NCBI GenBank assembly: GCA_030728785.1
Contig: JANQYP010000051.1
Coordinates: 6,626-61,623 of the forward strand
Direction of reading: 5' to 3'
Length of the DNA stretch: 54,998 nucleotides
Source: Pseudomonadales bacterium
GTDB lineage: Bacteria > Pseudomonadota > Gammaproteobacteria > Pseudomonadales > Azotimanducaceae
Part shown: piece after piece, positions 10,087 through 18,677 of the stretch
Layout of the letters: each line of letters starts with the position of its first letter
Position numbering within the stretch: position 1 is the first letter of the stretch
Made by a program: the position numbers and the translations under genes
The notes under the pieces: model-generated
What the model was told of the DNA's origin: nothing
What the model saw: only the letters and a program-made list of their open reading frames with translations
Database searches by the model: none

Positions 10087-10563
10087 TTAATCATCATCGC
10101 CGTCTGGGCCCATGCGCCCGAGACCCATATCATCGCCACTGTTTTTATGGCCCTTGCCGCCTTTCGGGCGACGCAATTCGGCAGCGGACAGCTGGCCATC
10201 CTGGTTCACATCCATATGGTTGAACATGGTCTGACGGGCCTCTTCCTGAGTCACAGCGCCGTCACCGTTGCTGTCCATCATGGTAAAACGCTCGACCATT
10301 TGTGCCTCGTGCTGCGCCATCCTGGCGGCGCGCATGGCCTGCAGCTCTTCAAGGGTCACTGCGCCGTCATTGTTGCTGTCGGCTTTTGCCATGGGGTTCT
10401 GGCGTTTACTCGGTGGCTGGAATTCTTCGAGGCTGATTGTGCCGTCTTTGTTGGTATCCAGGCGCTCGAGGAGACGCTGCTGGCGTTTGCCACCCTCTGC
10501 CAGTGCTGGCAGGGTGAGACTGATAAGCGCCAGGCCAAGCAAGTAACGTGAGCTGAAATTCAT
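10087..10563 (-). CDS. Secreted EF-hand calcium-binding protein (four canonical EF loops)
   Basis: Signal peptide MNFSSRYLLGLALISLTLPALA. Loops DTNKDGTISLEE, DSNNDGAVTLEE, DSNGDGAVTQEE and DVNQDGQLSAAE, with an acidic tail GPDGDDD. SD ggaga precedes the ATG at 10563. Confidence 0.85.
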   Translation of the reverse strand: MNFSSRYLLGLALISLTLPALAEGGKRQQRLLERLDTNKDGTISLEEFQPPSKRQNPMAKADSNNDGAVTLEELQAMRAARMAQHEAQMVERFTMMDSNGDGAVTQEEARQTMFNHMDVNQDGQLSAAELRRPKGGKGHKNSGDDMGLGRMGPDGDDD

Positions 10564-10672
10564 GGTTAATCTCCGGTCATTGACGTGGTTGTCAACAGTT
10601 CTACGGGTCAGCAGAGAATATCTGTCGGTCACTTTTGGGTTAAATTGGCGCCTCATAAAAACAGCTGTCAGC

Positions 10673-11086
10673 CTAAAAGGGTTTGACCGTCACCAGAATC
10701 AGGATGGGAATCACGATCAGCAGTGCGCCTTCGTTATAGACTCGAAAAAACACCGAGCTTCTGATCTCCCGGCCCTGCGCCATGCGCTGGATATAGCGCC
10801 ATGACTGACCGTGGTAGGCCAGCAACAACAACACAAAACCAAGTTTGGCGTGCAACCAGCCACCGGAAAAGCCAAAGCCGAGCCACAGCCAGATGCCAAG
10901 ACCAAGGGCGAGGACCGCCATCACACCAGAAAAGCGCAATAACTTCTGGCCCATGATCACCAGGCGCCTGACATCTTCACCGGCCGCTTTACCCTCCACA
11001 TAGTGCACCAGAATTCGCGGCAGGTAGAACAGGCCGGCCATCCAGGCCATAACAAACAGGATATGAAAAGCTTTAACCCACAACAT
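10673..11086 (-). CDS. hemJ: protoporphyrinogen IX oxidase HemJ (UPF0093 membrane protein)
   Basis: MLWVKAFHILFVMAWMAGLFYLPRILVHY is the characteristic HemJ N-terminus. The start was trimmed from 11272 to 11086. Confidence 0.8.
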   Translation of the reverse strand: MLWVKAFHILFVMAWMAGLFYLPRILVHYVEGKAAGEDVRRLVIMGQKLLRFSGVMAVLALGLGIWLWLGFGFSGGWLHAKLGFVLLLLAYHGQSWRYIQRMAQGREIRSSVFFRVYNEGALLIVIPILILVTVKPF

Positions 11087-11135
11087 GACAATTGGTGCTC
11101 CTGGTGAAGTCCGCCCGAGGCCGGGCGTACCAACC

Positions 11136-11924
11136 CTAGATGATACCCAGTGCACCACCATCAACGCGAATGTTTTGGCCATTGATAAAGCTCGCTCGCG
11201 TGCTGCAGAGGAACAGCACCACATCAGCAACTTCCTCGCGGGTCGCAATCCGGCCCACCGGGTTGGGCGCATACTCCTTGACTATCATGGCCTCGGCCGC
11301 CTCAAAGGTGTCTCCCCAGCCAGCTTTGCGCGCCCGTTGCAGATAGGCATGTTCAACCTCAGCGGTACGAATCAGGCCCGGTGACACCAGATTCACCGTG
11401 ATCCCGGTGGCGCTTAACTCCTGGGTCAGGCTCACCGTCAGGTTGGCGAGGGCGCCCTTGGCGGCGTAATACTGGGGTGAAGTCCTGTTCGGCCGGGTTG
11501 ATCCCACTGTGCCAAGATTCACCACCCGCCCCCAGCCACGCTTGATCATGGCCGGTGTCAGGCCCTGCACCAGGCGCACAATCGACAGGGTGTTCTTCTG
11601 GTAGGCATTGAGCCAGTCTTCGGTGGTGGTGTTCTGCCAGTTGCCCGGGTCGGCCACACCATAGTTGTTCACCAGAATGTCCACGTGGCTGGTCAGCCCT
11701 TGTATTGCCTGCAGGACCTCTGCCGAGCCGGCGGCGCAGCTAATGTCGCCATGGACCGCAAGGCTGCCTGGCATCTCGCTGGCAACGGCGGCAGCGGCGC
11801 CCTCGGCAAGACTATGGAAAATCACTCGCGCACCCTCGGCCGCCAGTCGCTGGGCAATCATCAGGCCGGTACCGCGGTTGCTGCCGGTGACCAGTGCAAT
11901 TTTGTTCTGCAGACCCAGGTCCAT
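11136..11924 (-). CDS. Short-chain dehydrogenase/reductase (SDR) family oxidoreductase
   Basis: KIALVTGSNRGTGLMIAQ (TGxxxGxG), NNYG and YAAAKGAL (YxxxK). The start at MDLGLQNK (11924) is preferred; the low-complexity extension up to 12068 is probably untranslated. Confidence 0.85.
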   Translation of the reverse strand: MDLGLQNKIALVTGSNRGTGLMIAQRLAAEGARVIFHSLAEGAAAAVASEMPGSLAVHGDISCAAGSAEVLQAIQGLTSHVDILVNNYGVADPGNWQNTTTEDWLNAYQKNTLSIVRLVQGLTPAMIKRGWGRVVNLGTVGSTRPNRTSPQYYAAKGALANLTVSLTQELSATGITVNLVSPGLIRTAEVEHAYLQRARKAGWGDTFEAAEAMIVKEYAPNPVGRIATREEVADVVLFLCSTRASFINGQNIRVDGGALGII

Positions 11925-11943
11925 GCTGTTTTCCTGTTGTGTT

Positions 11944-11979
11944 TGTGTTTGAGATCGTGTTTGAGATTGTGTTTGTGGT
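11944..11979. repeat. GT-rich 12-bp imperfect tandem repeat (tgtgtttgagat-like x3) in the SDR/TauE divergent region
   Basis: Direct reading. A gctggtg-type iteration follows at about 12005-12030. Confidence 0.75.
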
Positions 11980-12099
11980 TGAGGTGGTTGTCTTAGCTGG
12001 CGACTGGTAGCTGGTGGCTGGTGGCCGGTGAGTGTTAATTGATTTCGCCCGCCGGACTGTGTTCCCATAGGCGCCGCCTACGAATGATGCGCCAACCCC

Positions 12100-12843
12100 A
12101 TGCTTGATATCAACAGTCTGATCTTTCTGTTTCTGGTTGGCTTCGCCACCATGGTGCAGACCATCACCGGATTTGCCATGGGTTTGATTGTTCTGGGTGG
12201 CGTGACTGTGCTTGGTTTGGCGGGCCTGGCGGAAACTGCGGCGGTGGTGAGCCTGATCTCCCTGGCAAACACTCTGGTGGCGCTGCGGCGCTGTTACCGA
12301 GTGATTGATTACAGTTATGTCAAATTTATCGCTGCTGCCATGTTACCCATGCTGGTGCTGGGTGTGGTGCTGCTCGACTACTTTTCCAGCGCCTATTATC
12401 ACAATCTGCAGATGTTGCTCGGTGGCGTTATTGTCGCCTCGGGTGTGTTGCTGATGCTTACACCCAAACCCTATGCCGAGCCGTCGGGCAAGCTCAAGAA
12501 GGCCCTGGCAGGAGTCGCTGCTGGTTTGATGGGCGGCATGTACGGCGCGGCCGGCGCACCACTGGCTTATCTGATGTATCGCCAGCCGTTAGCTATTAAC
12601 GTGGTGCGCGCGTCACTGTTGTGTCTGTTTACCCTGTCGGCACTGGTGCGCACGCTAGTGGTGGGTGTGGCCGGGCAGCTTGATACCAAGGTGCTGACCC
12701 TGGGGCTTATTGCTGTACCACTGGTGATTGTTGTGACCCTGGTGACCGCGCGCTTCAGTCACCGCCTGCCGGATGCCTTCATCAGAAAGTGTGTTTTTGT
12801 GTTGCTGATTCTGCTGGGTATTTTTCTGATGACAGGCGCTTGA
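12100..12843 (+). CDS. TauE/SafE (DUF81) family anion exporter membrane protein
   Basis: 247 aa, about 7-8 hydrophobic helices, Gly-rich motifs typical of the family (AGLMGGMYGAAGAPL). Confidence 0.7.
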   Translation: MLDINSLIFLFLVGFATMVQTITGFAMGLIVLGGVTVLGLAGLAETAAVVSLISLANTLVALRRCYRVIDYSYVKFIAAAMLPMLVLGVVLLDYFSSAYYHNLQMLLGGVIVASGVLLMLTPKPYAEPSGKLKKALAGVAAGLMGGMYGAAGAPLAYLMYRQPLAINVVRASLLCLFTLSALVRTLVVGVAGQLDTKVLTLGLIAVPLVIVVTLVTARFSHRLPDAFIRKCVFVLLILLGIFLMTGA

Positions 12844-12876
12844 TGCCAGGCGTTTGATGACAGGCGCCTGATAACA

Positions 12877-13401
12877 TCAAGCCTGGCTTGTTGCTTCAGC
12901 CGGCTCGAGGGGTTTTTCCATCCACAGGGTGTCCCAGTATTTGCCAAACTTGCGGCCTACCTCTGTCAGTCTTGCAGTATCCGTAAAGCCAAAACGGCGA
13001 TGCAGGGCGATGCTGGGTATATTGGGCAGGGTTATGACACCGTAGCAGCGATGTACATCCAGCTGCGCCAGGTTGGTGAACAGCTGTTGGTAGAGCAGTG
13101 CTCCATAACCTTTAGCCACTTCGGTGGGGTTCAGGTAGATGCTGCACTCCACTGAGGTATCGTAGGCCGCCTTGGGGCGTAGTTTGGCACTGCTGGCGTA
13201 ACCCACCAGTTGGCCATCCACCTCAAGCACCAGGCACTGCCAGGGCGAAGCCGGGGCAAATTGCTCGAGCCAGGGGCGGCGGGTAGTTACCGTGAAGGGC
13301 GTCAGGTCGAAGGTGATGGCGGTATTGATGATGTAATGGTTGTAAATAGCCGTCAAAGCCGGCAGGTCGTCCATAACAGCGTGGCGGAGTAGGTTGGGCA
13401 T
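12877..13401 (-). CDS. GNAT family N-acetyltransferase (phosphinothricin-acetyltransferase-like)
   Basis: LPALTAIYNHYIINTAITF...GYGALLYQQLF...ALHRRFGF resembles the PAT/YwnH subgroup. The start is ambiguous (13401, 13410 or 13422). Confidence 0.75.
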   Translation of the reverse strand: MPNLLRHAVMDDLPALTAIYNHYIINTAITFDLTPFTVTTRRPWLEQFAPASPWQCLVLEVDGQLVGYASSAKLRPKAAYDTSVECSIYLNPTEVAKGYGALLYQQLFTNLAQLDVHRCYGVITLPNIPSIALHRRFGFTDTARLTEVGRKFGKYWDTLWMEKPLEPAEATSQA

Positions 13402-13545
13402 GGCGCTCATTTGTGTTTGCATCGCAAAATAATAAACCATTCGGCCTAAACCAAGTACTATATCGCCTCCCAATTACGCCAATAGTTTGCGAGTCTGTAA
13501 CCATGCGCTTGCTCCATCCTGCGACTCACCGACGTCAGTGTTGAT

Positions 13546-14874
13546 GTGCCTATGCCTGAACTGCCTGAACTGCCTGAACTGCCTGAACAGCCCGAATTTG
13601 ATGATATTCGACCCTACCATGACGATGAGGTCGACCAGGTTCTCGCGGGCTTGCTCGAGAACCAGGAGTTTCTGGACTTCCTGGCGCGCTTTCGGCTGAA
13701 GCGCCTGGCGGCTGTCTGGCCTTGGCTGGGTCGGGCATTGGTGCGGTTGGTCCTGAGGCGCCAGTTCCGCCGGATTCACTCCGTGCGAGACTTTCAACGG
13801 GTAGTTGCCAGTTATGCGAAGCAGCTGGTGGCAGAAACCACGACAGGTTTTGTTTATGAGGGGCTGGCGCAACTCGACCCGCAACAGGCTTATTTGTTTA
13901 TGGGTAACCACCGGGATATTGCCGGTGACTCCATGCTGCTGGACTATGCCTTGTATCTGACCGGCCGTGAGACTGTCCAAATTGCAGTGGGTGACAACCT
14001 GGTGCAGCGCCAGTTTGCCACCGACCTGATGAAGCTCAACAAGAGCTTCTTGATTCGGCGCTCGCAGAGTGGTGCAAAAAAGATTTATGCCGCGCTGCTC
14101 GAGTCATCCCGTTATATCCATGCAGCCATTCGCAGCGGTAACTCGGTGTGGATTGCCCAGTCTGAGGGCCGAGCCAAAGACGGTATTGACCTGACTGACC
14201 CGGCGCTGGTGAAAATGCTGGCATTGGCCGAGCGTAAGCAGGAATTACACAGGACCATTGCCGATTTGCATGTGGTACCGGTGGCCATCGCTTATGAATA
14301 CGACCCCTGCGATATGATGAAGGCCCGTGAGTTGCATGGCATTGCTGTTGACGGCAGTTACCAGAAGGCTGCCGGTGAGGATCTGCTGAGTCTGGTGAAA
14401 GGCCTTGGTGAGTTCAAAGGCAAGGTGACCTTGCGTTTTGGTCGCCCGCTGAATCAGCACTTTGAAATTGCCGAGCAGGTGGCAGCAGAGATAGATCGGC
14501 AGGTGTTGGATGGCCTGCAACTTTACCAGATTAATTACTGGGCCCTGGCCCAGCTGGCGGCCTTGGCCAAAGGCCTGCTAGCGCCCCCGCCTGAAGAGCT
14601 GTCTGCAGCCCATGCCGAAAAGCCATTGCCGCCGCTGCCTGAACCGCGGTCTGCTCCTGCGGCGGCGCAACAGGCCGCAAACAGTGCCGAGCTGGCGCAT
14701 TATCTGTTTGTCTGGCAGCAGGTTGGACACCTGGCTAACCTTGATAGCGAGACGATATTAACCGAGCGATTTGAGGCGTGCCCCGCAGCTTATCAACTGC
14801 AGTGGTTACAGATGTATGCTAATCCTGTGGTCAATAAGTTTAATCACGGGGCGGAAAATCTGGCGCCGCTTTAG
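13546..14874 (+). CDS. PlsC-family (lysophospholipid/glycerol-phosphate) acyltransferase
   Basis: 442 aa with the HX4D acyltransferase motif in GNHRDIAGDS. The N-terminus carries a PEL tripeptide repeat. The start is GTG 13546 or ATG 13552. Confidence 0.7.
   Translation: MPMPELPELPELPEQPEFDDIRPYHDDEVDQVLAGLLENQEFLDFLARFRLKRLAAVWPWLGRALVRLVLRRQFRRIHSVRDFQRVVASYAKQLVAETTTGFVYEGLAQLDPQQAYLFMGNHRDIAGDSMLLDYALYLTGRETVQIAVGDNLVQRQFATDLMKLNKSFLIRRSQSGAKKIYAALLESSRYIHAAIRSGNSVWIAQSEGRAKDGIDLTDPALVKMLALAERKQELHRTIADLHVVPVAIAYEYDPCDMMKARELHGIAVDGSYQKAAGEDLLSLVKGLGEFKGKVTLRFGRPLNQHFEIAEQVAAEIDRQVLDGLQLYQINYWALAQLAALAKGLLAPPPEELSAAHAEKPLPPLPEPRSAPAAAQQAANSAELAHYLFVWQQVGHLANLDSETILTERFEACPAAYQLQWLQMYANPVVNKFNHGAENLAPL
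13552..13596 (+). repeat. 9-bp in-frame tandem repeat (ctgcctgaa x4 plus a degenerate 5th) encoding (PEL)n
   Basis: Direct reading: atgcctgaa ctgcctgaa ctgcctgaa ctgcctgaa cagcccgaa. Confidence 0.9.
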
Positions 14875-14877
14875 GAG

Positions 14878-14908
14878 GGTGTTGGGGTTTGTTGGGGGTT
14901 TGTTGGGT
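14878..14908. repeat. G/T-rich 10-11-bp tandem repeat (gttgggg(g)ttt x3)
   Basis: Direct reading, immediately after the acyltransferase stop codon. Confidence 0.7.
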
Positions 14909-14939
14909 AGTGTGTCTGGGCTGTGGGGGGGAGCGCCTT

Positions 14940-15078
14940 TCGGTATTTTCGCTGCGCGAAAAACCTGTCGGCCTACACGATTTCGCCGGGGGCGAAATCG
15001 TATAGCTTCTCGGTATTTTCGCTGCGCGAAAAACCTGCCGGCATTCGCGTTTTGCGCCTTGGGCGCAAAGCCGCGAAT
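14940..15078. repeat. REP-like composite element: two 70-bp-spaced copies of a 33-nt palindromic module, each followed by its own hairpin
   Basis: tcggtattttcgctgcgcgaaaaacctg(t/c)cggc at 14940-14972 and 15010-15042 (internal stem ttttcgc/gcgaaaa). Hairpins cgatttcgcc-ggg-ggcgaaatcg (14978-15000) and attcgcgttttgcgcc...ggcgcaaagccgcgaat (15043-15077). It lies between convergent genes, so it is likely a bidirectional terminator or REP. Confidence 0.8.
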
Positions 15079-16068
15079 TTAGTCATAGAGTTGCAGGGCG
15101 GGTTCTGCGAGTTTTGACCACTGTTCCCGCAAATCCAGGACATGCTCAGACCAGTAGCGTGGCGTGTTAAAAAACGGAAACCCCAGTGGAAAGGCAGGAT
15201 CATCCCAGCGGCGCGCTATCCAGGCTGAGTGATGCATCATGCGCAGGGTCCGCAGTGGTTCAATCAGGCGCAGCTGGGCCGGGTTAAAGTGGCAGAAATC
15301 TTTATAGCCACGCATGATTCGCAACAGCTGTTGTTGCTGCTCCTCGCGCTCACCCGATAACAACATCCACAGATCCTGGATCGCAGGGCCGTTGCGGGCA
15401 TCATCAAAGTCAACAAAGTGTGGCAGGTTGTCCCGCCACAGGACGTTGCCCATGTGGCAGTCACCATGCAGGCGTGTTTCCATATACGGCGTCTCCGCAA
15501 AAATCTGGTCTAACTCCTTGAGAACAAATTCTGTCACTGAGTTATAGGCCGGTTGCAATTCTGCCGGAATAAAGTGGTTGTCCACCAGAAACGCCCGTGA
15601 CTGGTGGCCATAATCGAGCACCGATACTGTTGGCCGCACCTCAAACGCACTGTCACCACCGACCGCATGAATACGGGCGATATGGCGGCCAAGAATCTCC
15701 AGGTTGTCGAGGCTGTCCAGGTCGGGTGCGCGGCCACCGCGCCGCGGGTACAGGGCAAAGCGAAAGCCTCCAAACTCCGTCAGGGTTGCCGCACCGCGAA
15801 TCTGCAGGGGCGGCACGGCAGAAACGTCGTCGTCGAACAAGTCCTGGGTGAAGACGTGCTCCTCAAGGATCTGTTGGTCAGTCCAGCGATCCGGTCGATA
15901 AAATTTCCCAATCAGCGGTTCGCCATCTTCAATGCCAATCTGGTAAACCCGGTTTTCATAACTGTTGAGTTGCAGGATGCGGGCATCACAACGGTAGCCG
16001 ACACTTTCAACGGCATCCATCACAAGGTCGGGCGTAAGGGTGGTAAAAGGGTGCGAGCTAATGCTCAT
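15079..16068 (-). CDS. srkA: Stress-response serine/threonine kinase SrkA (YihE/RdoA family)
   Basis: 329 aa. LNSYENRVYQIG...GKFYRPDRW...HGDCHMGNVLW...FVDFDDA is characteristic of YihE. ATGA overlap with the modC stop. Confidence 0.88.
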   Translation of the reverse strand: MSISSHPFTTLTPDLVMDAVESVGYRCDARILQLNSYENRVYQIGIEDGEPLIGKFYRPDRWTDQQILEEHVFTQDLFDDDVSAVPPLQIRGAATLTEFGGFRFALYPRRGGRAPDLDSLDNLEILGRHIARIHAVGGDSAFEVRPTVSVLDYGHQSRAFLVDNHFIPAELQPAYNSVTEFVLKELDQIFAETPYMETRLHGDCHMGNVLWRDNLPHFVDFDDARNGPAIQDLWMLLSGEREEQQQQLLRIMRGYKDFCHFNPAQLRLIEPLRTLRMMHHSAWIARRWDDPAFPLGFPFFNTPRYWSEHVLDLREQWSKLAEPALQLYD

Positions 16069-17174
16069 GGGCTTATGGCTACCTGTTGGCTGAGGTCGCT
16101 CAGCAGAGCGACGGTCTTGATCTGGACATACACCGCCTTGCCAGGCTGCAGTTCAAGCTGCTGCAGGGACTTGCGGGTAATACGACTCAGGATGTACTGG
16201 CCACCAACCTGCACCCTGACCAGCAGGCTTGGGCTGGCTGACAATGGTTCTATGTCGCTGATAACACCTTCGAGAACATTCAGGATGCTGGTCTGCGCGG
16301 GCACCTGCAGCGCCAGGCTGACATCTCGAGCGGGAATACGCAGGCGGATAGGCGTGCCCGGGGATTGCGCGCACCGGCTGACATAAATCGACTGGCTGTC
16401 AAGTCGCAGGCAGGTCAGGCCAAACGCCTGGTCATGGTGCTCAACCCGGGCCTCGACAACAGCGGCCGCAACATCACCCTCCTGGCTGTTGAGGGTCAGC
16501 GAAGAGGCCAGCTCAAAGACCGTGCCGAAAGCTTTGATGCGGCCTTGTTCAAGCATGTAGACCTCATCTGCCAGATAAGTAATTTCATCCAGACCGTGGC
16601 TGACATAAACAATGGGAATGTCCAGCAAGCGCCGCAGGCGGTCAAGATAAGGCAATATCTGCAGGCGGGCAGCGTGGTCCACGGAGCCAAGAGGTTCGTC
16701 CATCAGCAGGCAGCGGGCACCACTGAGCAGCACCCTGGCGATGGCAACCCGCTGGGCTTCGCCGCCAGACAACTTGGCAGGACTGGCTGTCAGCAGATGG
16801 TTGATCCCAAGCCAGTCGCAGACCTGGGCCAGAGGCGCGGATGGCTGGCTGCCCGCGCGCTTGCTGGCATAGGCCAGGTTGCCGCGAACATCCAGATGGG
16901 GGAACAATTGGGGCTGCTGGAAGACATAGCCAACATGGCGCTTATGGGGTGGCACAAAGTGGCTGGCATCCTGCCAGATATTGCCGTCGCTGCTGATATT
17001 GATCTGGTCACCACGACTGCCATCCTCGAGGCCGGCGAGCAGTTTCAGCACAGTGGTCTTGCCGGAGCCGGATGGGCCATACAGGGCCGTCACCCCCCTG
17101 GGCTTAATGGCCATGGCAACCTCAAGGCTAAAGCCGGAGGGGCGTGTCAAACTGATGGCGGCGTTGATAAACAT
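16065..17174 (-). CDS. modC: Molybdate ABC transporter ATP-binding protein with a C-terminal TOBE/Mop domain
   Basis: Walker A GPSGSGKT, signature LSGGEAQR, Walker B LLMDEP. The C-terminal ~130 aa is TOBE-like. The start was set at MFINAAISL (17174), just after the modB stop. Confidence 0.9.
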   Translation of the reverse strand: MFINAAISLTRPSGFSLEVAMAIKPRGVTALYGPSGSGKTTVLKLLAGLEDGSRGDQINISSDGNIWQDASHFVPPHKRHVGYVFQQPQLFPHLDVRGNLAYASKRAGSQPSAPLAQVCDWLGINHLLTASPAKLSGGEAQRVAIARVLLSGARCLLMDEPLGSVDHAARLQILPYLDRLRRLLDIPIVYVSHGLDEITYLADEVYMLEQGRIKAFGTVFELASSLTLNSQEGDVAAAVVEARVEHHDQAFGLTCLRLDSQSIYVSRCAQSPGTPIRLRIPARDVSLALQVPAQTSILNVLEGVISDIEPLSASPSLLVRVQVGGQYILSRITRKSLQQLELQPGKAVYVQIKTVALLSDLSQQVAISP

Positions 17175-17176
17175 GG

Positions 17177-17866
17177 TCAGTGCCGCGCCGCCAGGCGCAT
17201 TTGCCAATGCCGGTTAAGGCCATAGACCAGCGCCAGCAGGGCAAAAGAAAATATCAGCAAGCCAAGGGCGAGGCGGTGGGCGGCCTCATACTGCAGGGAT
17301 TCAACATGATCAAACAGGGCAATGGACAGTACTCGGGTCTCACCGGGGATGTTGCCGCCAATCATTAAAACGATGCCAAATTCACCCACTGTATGGGCAA
17401 ATGCCAGGCAGATAGCCGTAACAAAGCCGCGGCGCGACAAGGGTACCACTACCGAGAAGAAACGATCTGCCGGACCAGCGCCCAGGGTTGCGGCAGCATC
17501 CAGCAGGCCTTGCTGGATGTTCTCGAAGGCCACCTGCAACGGCTGGACATAAAAGGGCAGGGAATAGAAGATCGAGCCAATCACCAGCGCATTGAAGGTG
17601 AATGCCAGGCGCTCGCCGGTGATGCTGAACCACCATTGGCCCAAGACACCGTTCGGTGCCATGGCCAGTAACAGATAAAAGCCCAGCACTGTTGGTGGCA
17701 GAACAACGGGCAGGGCGACAATGGGCTCAAGGATGACGCGCCCCAGGCTTTTGGTCCGCGCCAGCCACCATGCCAGGGGTGTACCCACAAGCATCAGTAG
17801 TCCGGTGGTGGTCAGGGCCAGTTGCAGCGTCAGCCACAACGCCTGGCTATCGGGGTCCGGCAGCAT
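17177..17866 (-). CDS. modB: Molybdate ABC transporter permease
   Basis: 229 aa, ModB/CysTW-type permease with the EAA-like loop (LLDAAATLGAGPADRFFSVVVPL). Confidence 0.9.
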   Translation of the reverse strand: MLPDPDSQALWLTLQLALTTTGLLMLVGTPLAWWLARTKSLGRVILEPIVALPVVLPPTVLGFYLLLAMAPNGVLGQWWFSITGERLAFTFNALVIGSIFYSLPFYVQPLQVAFENIQQGLLDAAATLGAGPADRFFSVVVPLSRRGFVTAICLAFAHTVGEFGIVLMIGGNIPGETRVLSIALFDHVESLQYEAAHRLALGLLIFSFALLALVYGLNRHWQMRLAARH

Positions 17867-18676
17867 CTAGGGGCTGGCGGGTGTCAGGTACCCGGCCTCA
17901 CGAATAATCTGGCGCGCCGTGTTTGAGCGAAGAAACTCGGCAAATTGCCAGGCCGCCGGGCTGGCATTGTTTAGAACCACGGCCTGTTGGTGGACAGGGG
18001 GATAAATGGCGGCTGGTATCAGCCACCAGTTGTCAGCGGCGCTGCGACCCTGCACCTGCGACAGGGCAACAAAGCCTGCTGCGGCATTGCCACTCTCAAC
18101 AAACTGGAAGGTCTGGTTGATATTGTTGCCATGCACCAGGGTCTTGTGGTCGGGTTTGAAGTGGTCAATGACACTCTGCGCTGCCACGCCATAGGGCGCC
18201 AAAGCGGGGTTGGCAATGGCAATAGCGCTGTTGGTGGTCATGAGGGTTGCCAGGCTGACGGGCTTGGTCTCGCTCGGTGCCCAGAACACCAGCTGGCCGG
18301 TGGCATAAATAAAGCGAGATTTGCTGCTGGCAAAGCCTGCCTCGACCAGCAACCTGGGGCGCAGGCTGTCAGCCGCGAGGAATATCTCATAAGGTGCGCC
18401 ATTGACAATCTGGGCATACAGGGTGCCGGTGGCACCGGCGATGATGTCTATGGGCTGGTGTTCAGCAGGCTGTAGCGGCGTCTCTGCCGTAGCCGCAGGC
18501 GTGGCTGCGTAGGCCGCCACCAGGGTCTCCAGGGTTGACTTGAAGTTTGCTGATACGGCAATGCGCAGGGGCGCTGCTAAAGCATTGCCGCAGTGCATCA
18601 GCAGCAGTGCGGCTGACATGCCTGCAATGGCGCGCCAGTGGCTGCGGCGCTGGTGTTGCCTGACGCGCTGGTCCAT
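17867..18676 (-). CDS. modA: Molybdate-binding periplasmic protein
   Basis: LRIAVSANF...YEIFLAAD...IANPALAPYG...GNAAAGFVALSQV are ModA-like blocks. The start at MDQRV (18676) lies 1 nt from the nudC stop. Confidence 0.85.
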   Translation of the reverse strand: MDQRVRQHQRRSHWRAIAGMSAALLLMHCGNALAAPLRIAVSANFKSTLETLVAAYAATPAATAETPLQPAEHQPIDIIAGATGTLYAQIVNGAPYEIFLAADSLRPRLLVEAGFASSKSRFIYATGQLVFWAPSETKPVSLATLMTTNSAIAIANPALAPYGVAAQSVIDHFKPDHKTLVHGNNINQTFQFVESGNAAAGFVALSQVQGRSAADNWWLIPAAIYPPVHQQAVVLNNASPAAWQFAEFLRSNTARQIIREAGYLTPASP

Positions 18677-18677
18677 T

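Noticed and set aside
11925-12068. A 48-aa N-terminal extension of the SDR (MGTQSGG...QPPQPQTQSQTRSQTQTQQENS). Similar upstream extensions occur on mdh (554), syd (8421), hemJ (11272), purN (31061), the EF-hand gene (10656), the OppF-like ATPase (49876) and the BON gene (42550).
   Set aside because: The family-typical N-termini, signal peptides and/or SD sequences sit at internal Met codons. The extensions are low-complexity or overlap neighbouring genes. For the SDR case a 12-bp (in-frame) repeat leaves slight doubt.
14940-15078. Possible CRISPR array, suggested by repeated palindromic 33-mers.
   Set aside because: There are only two copies, the intervening segments are themselves hairpins rather than unique spacers, there are no cas genes, and the element lies between convergent genes. 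This fits REP or terminator elements.
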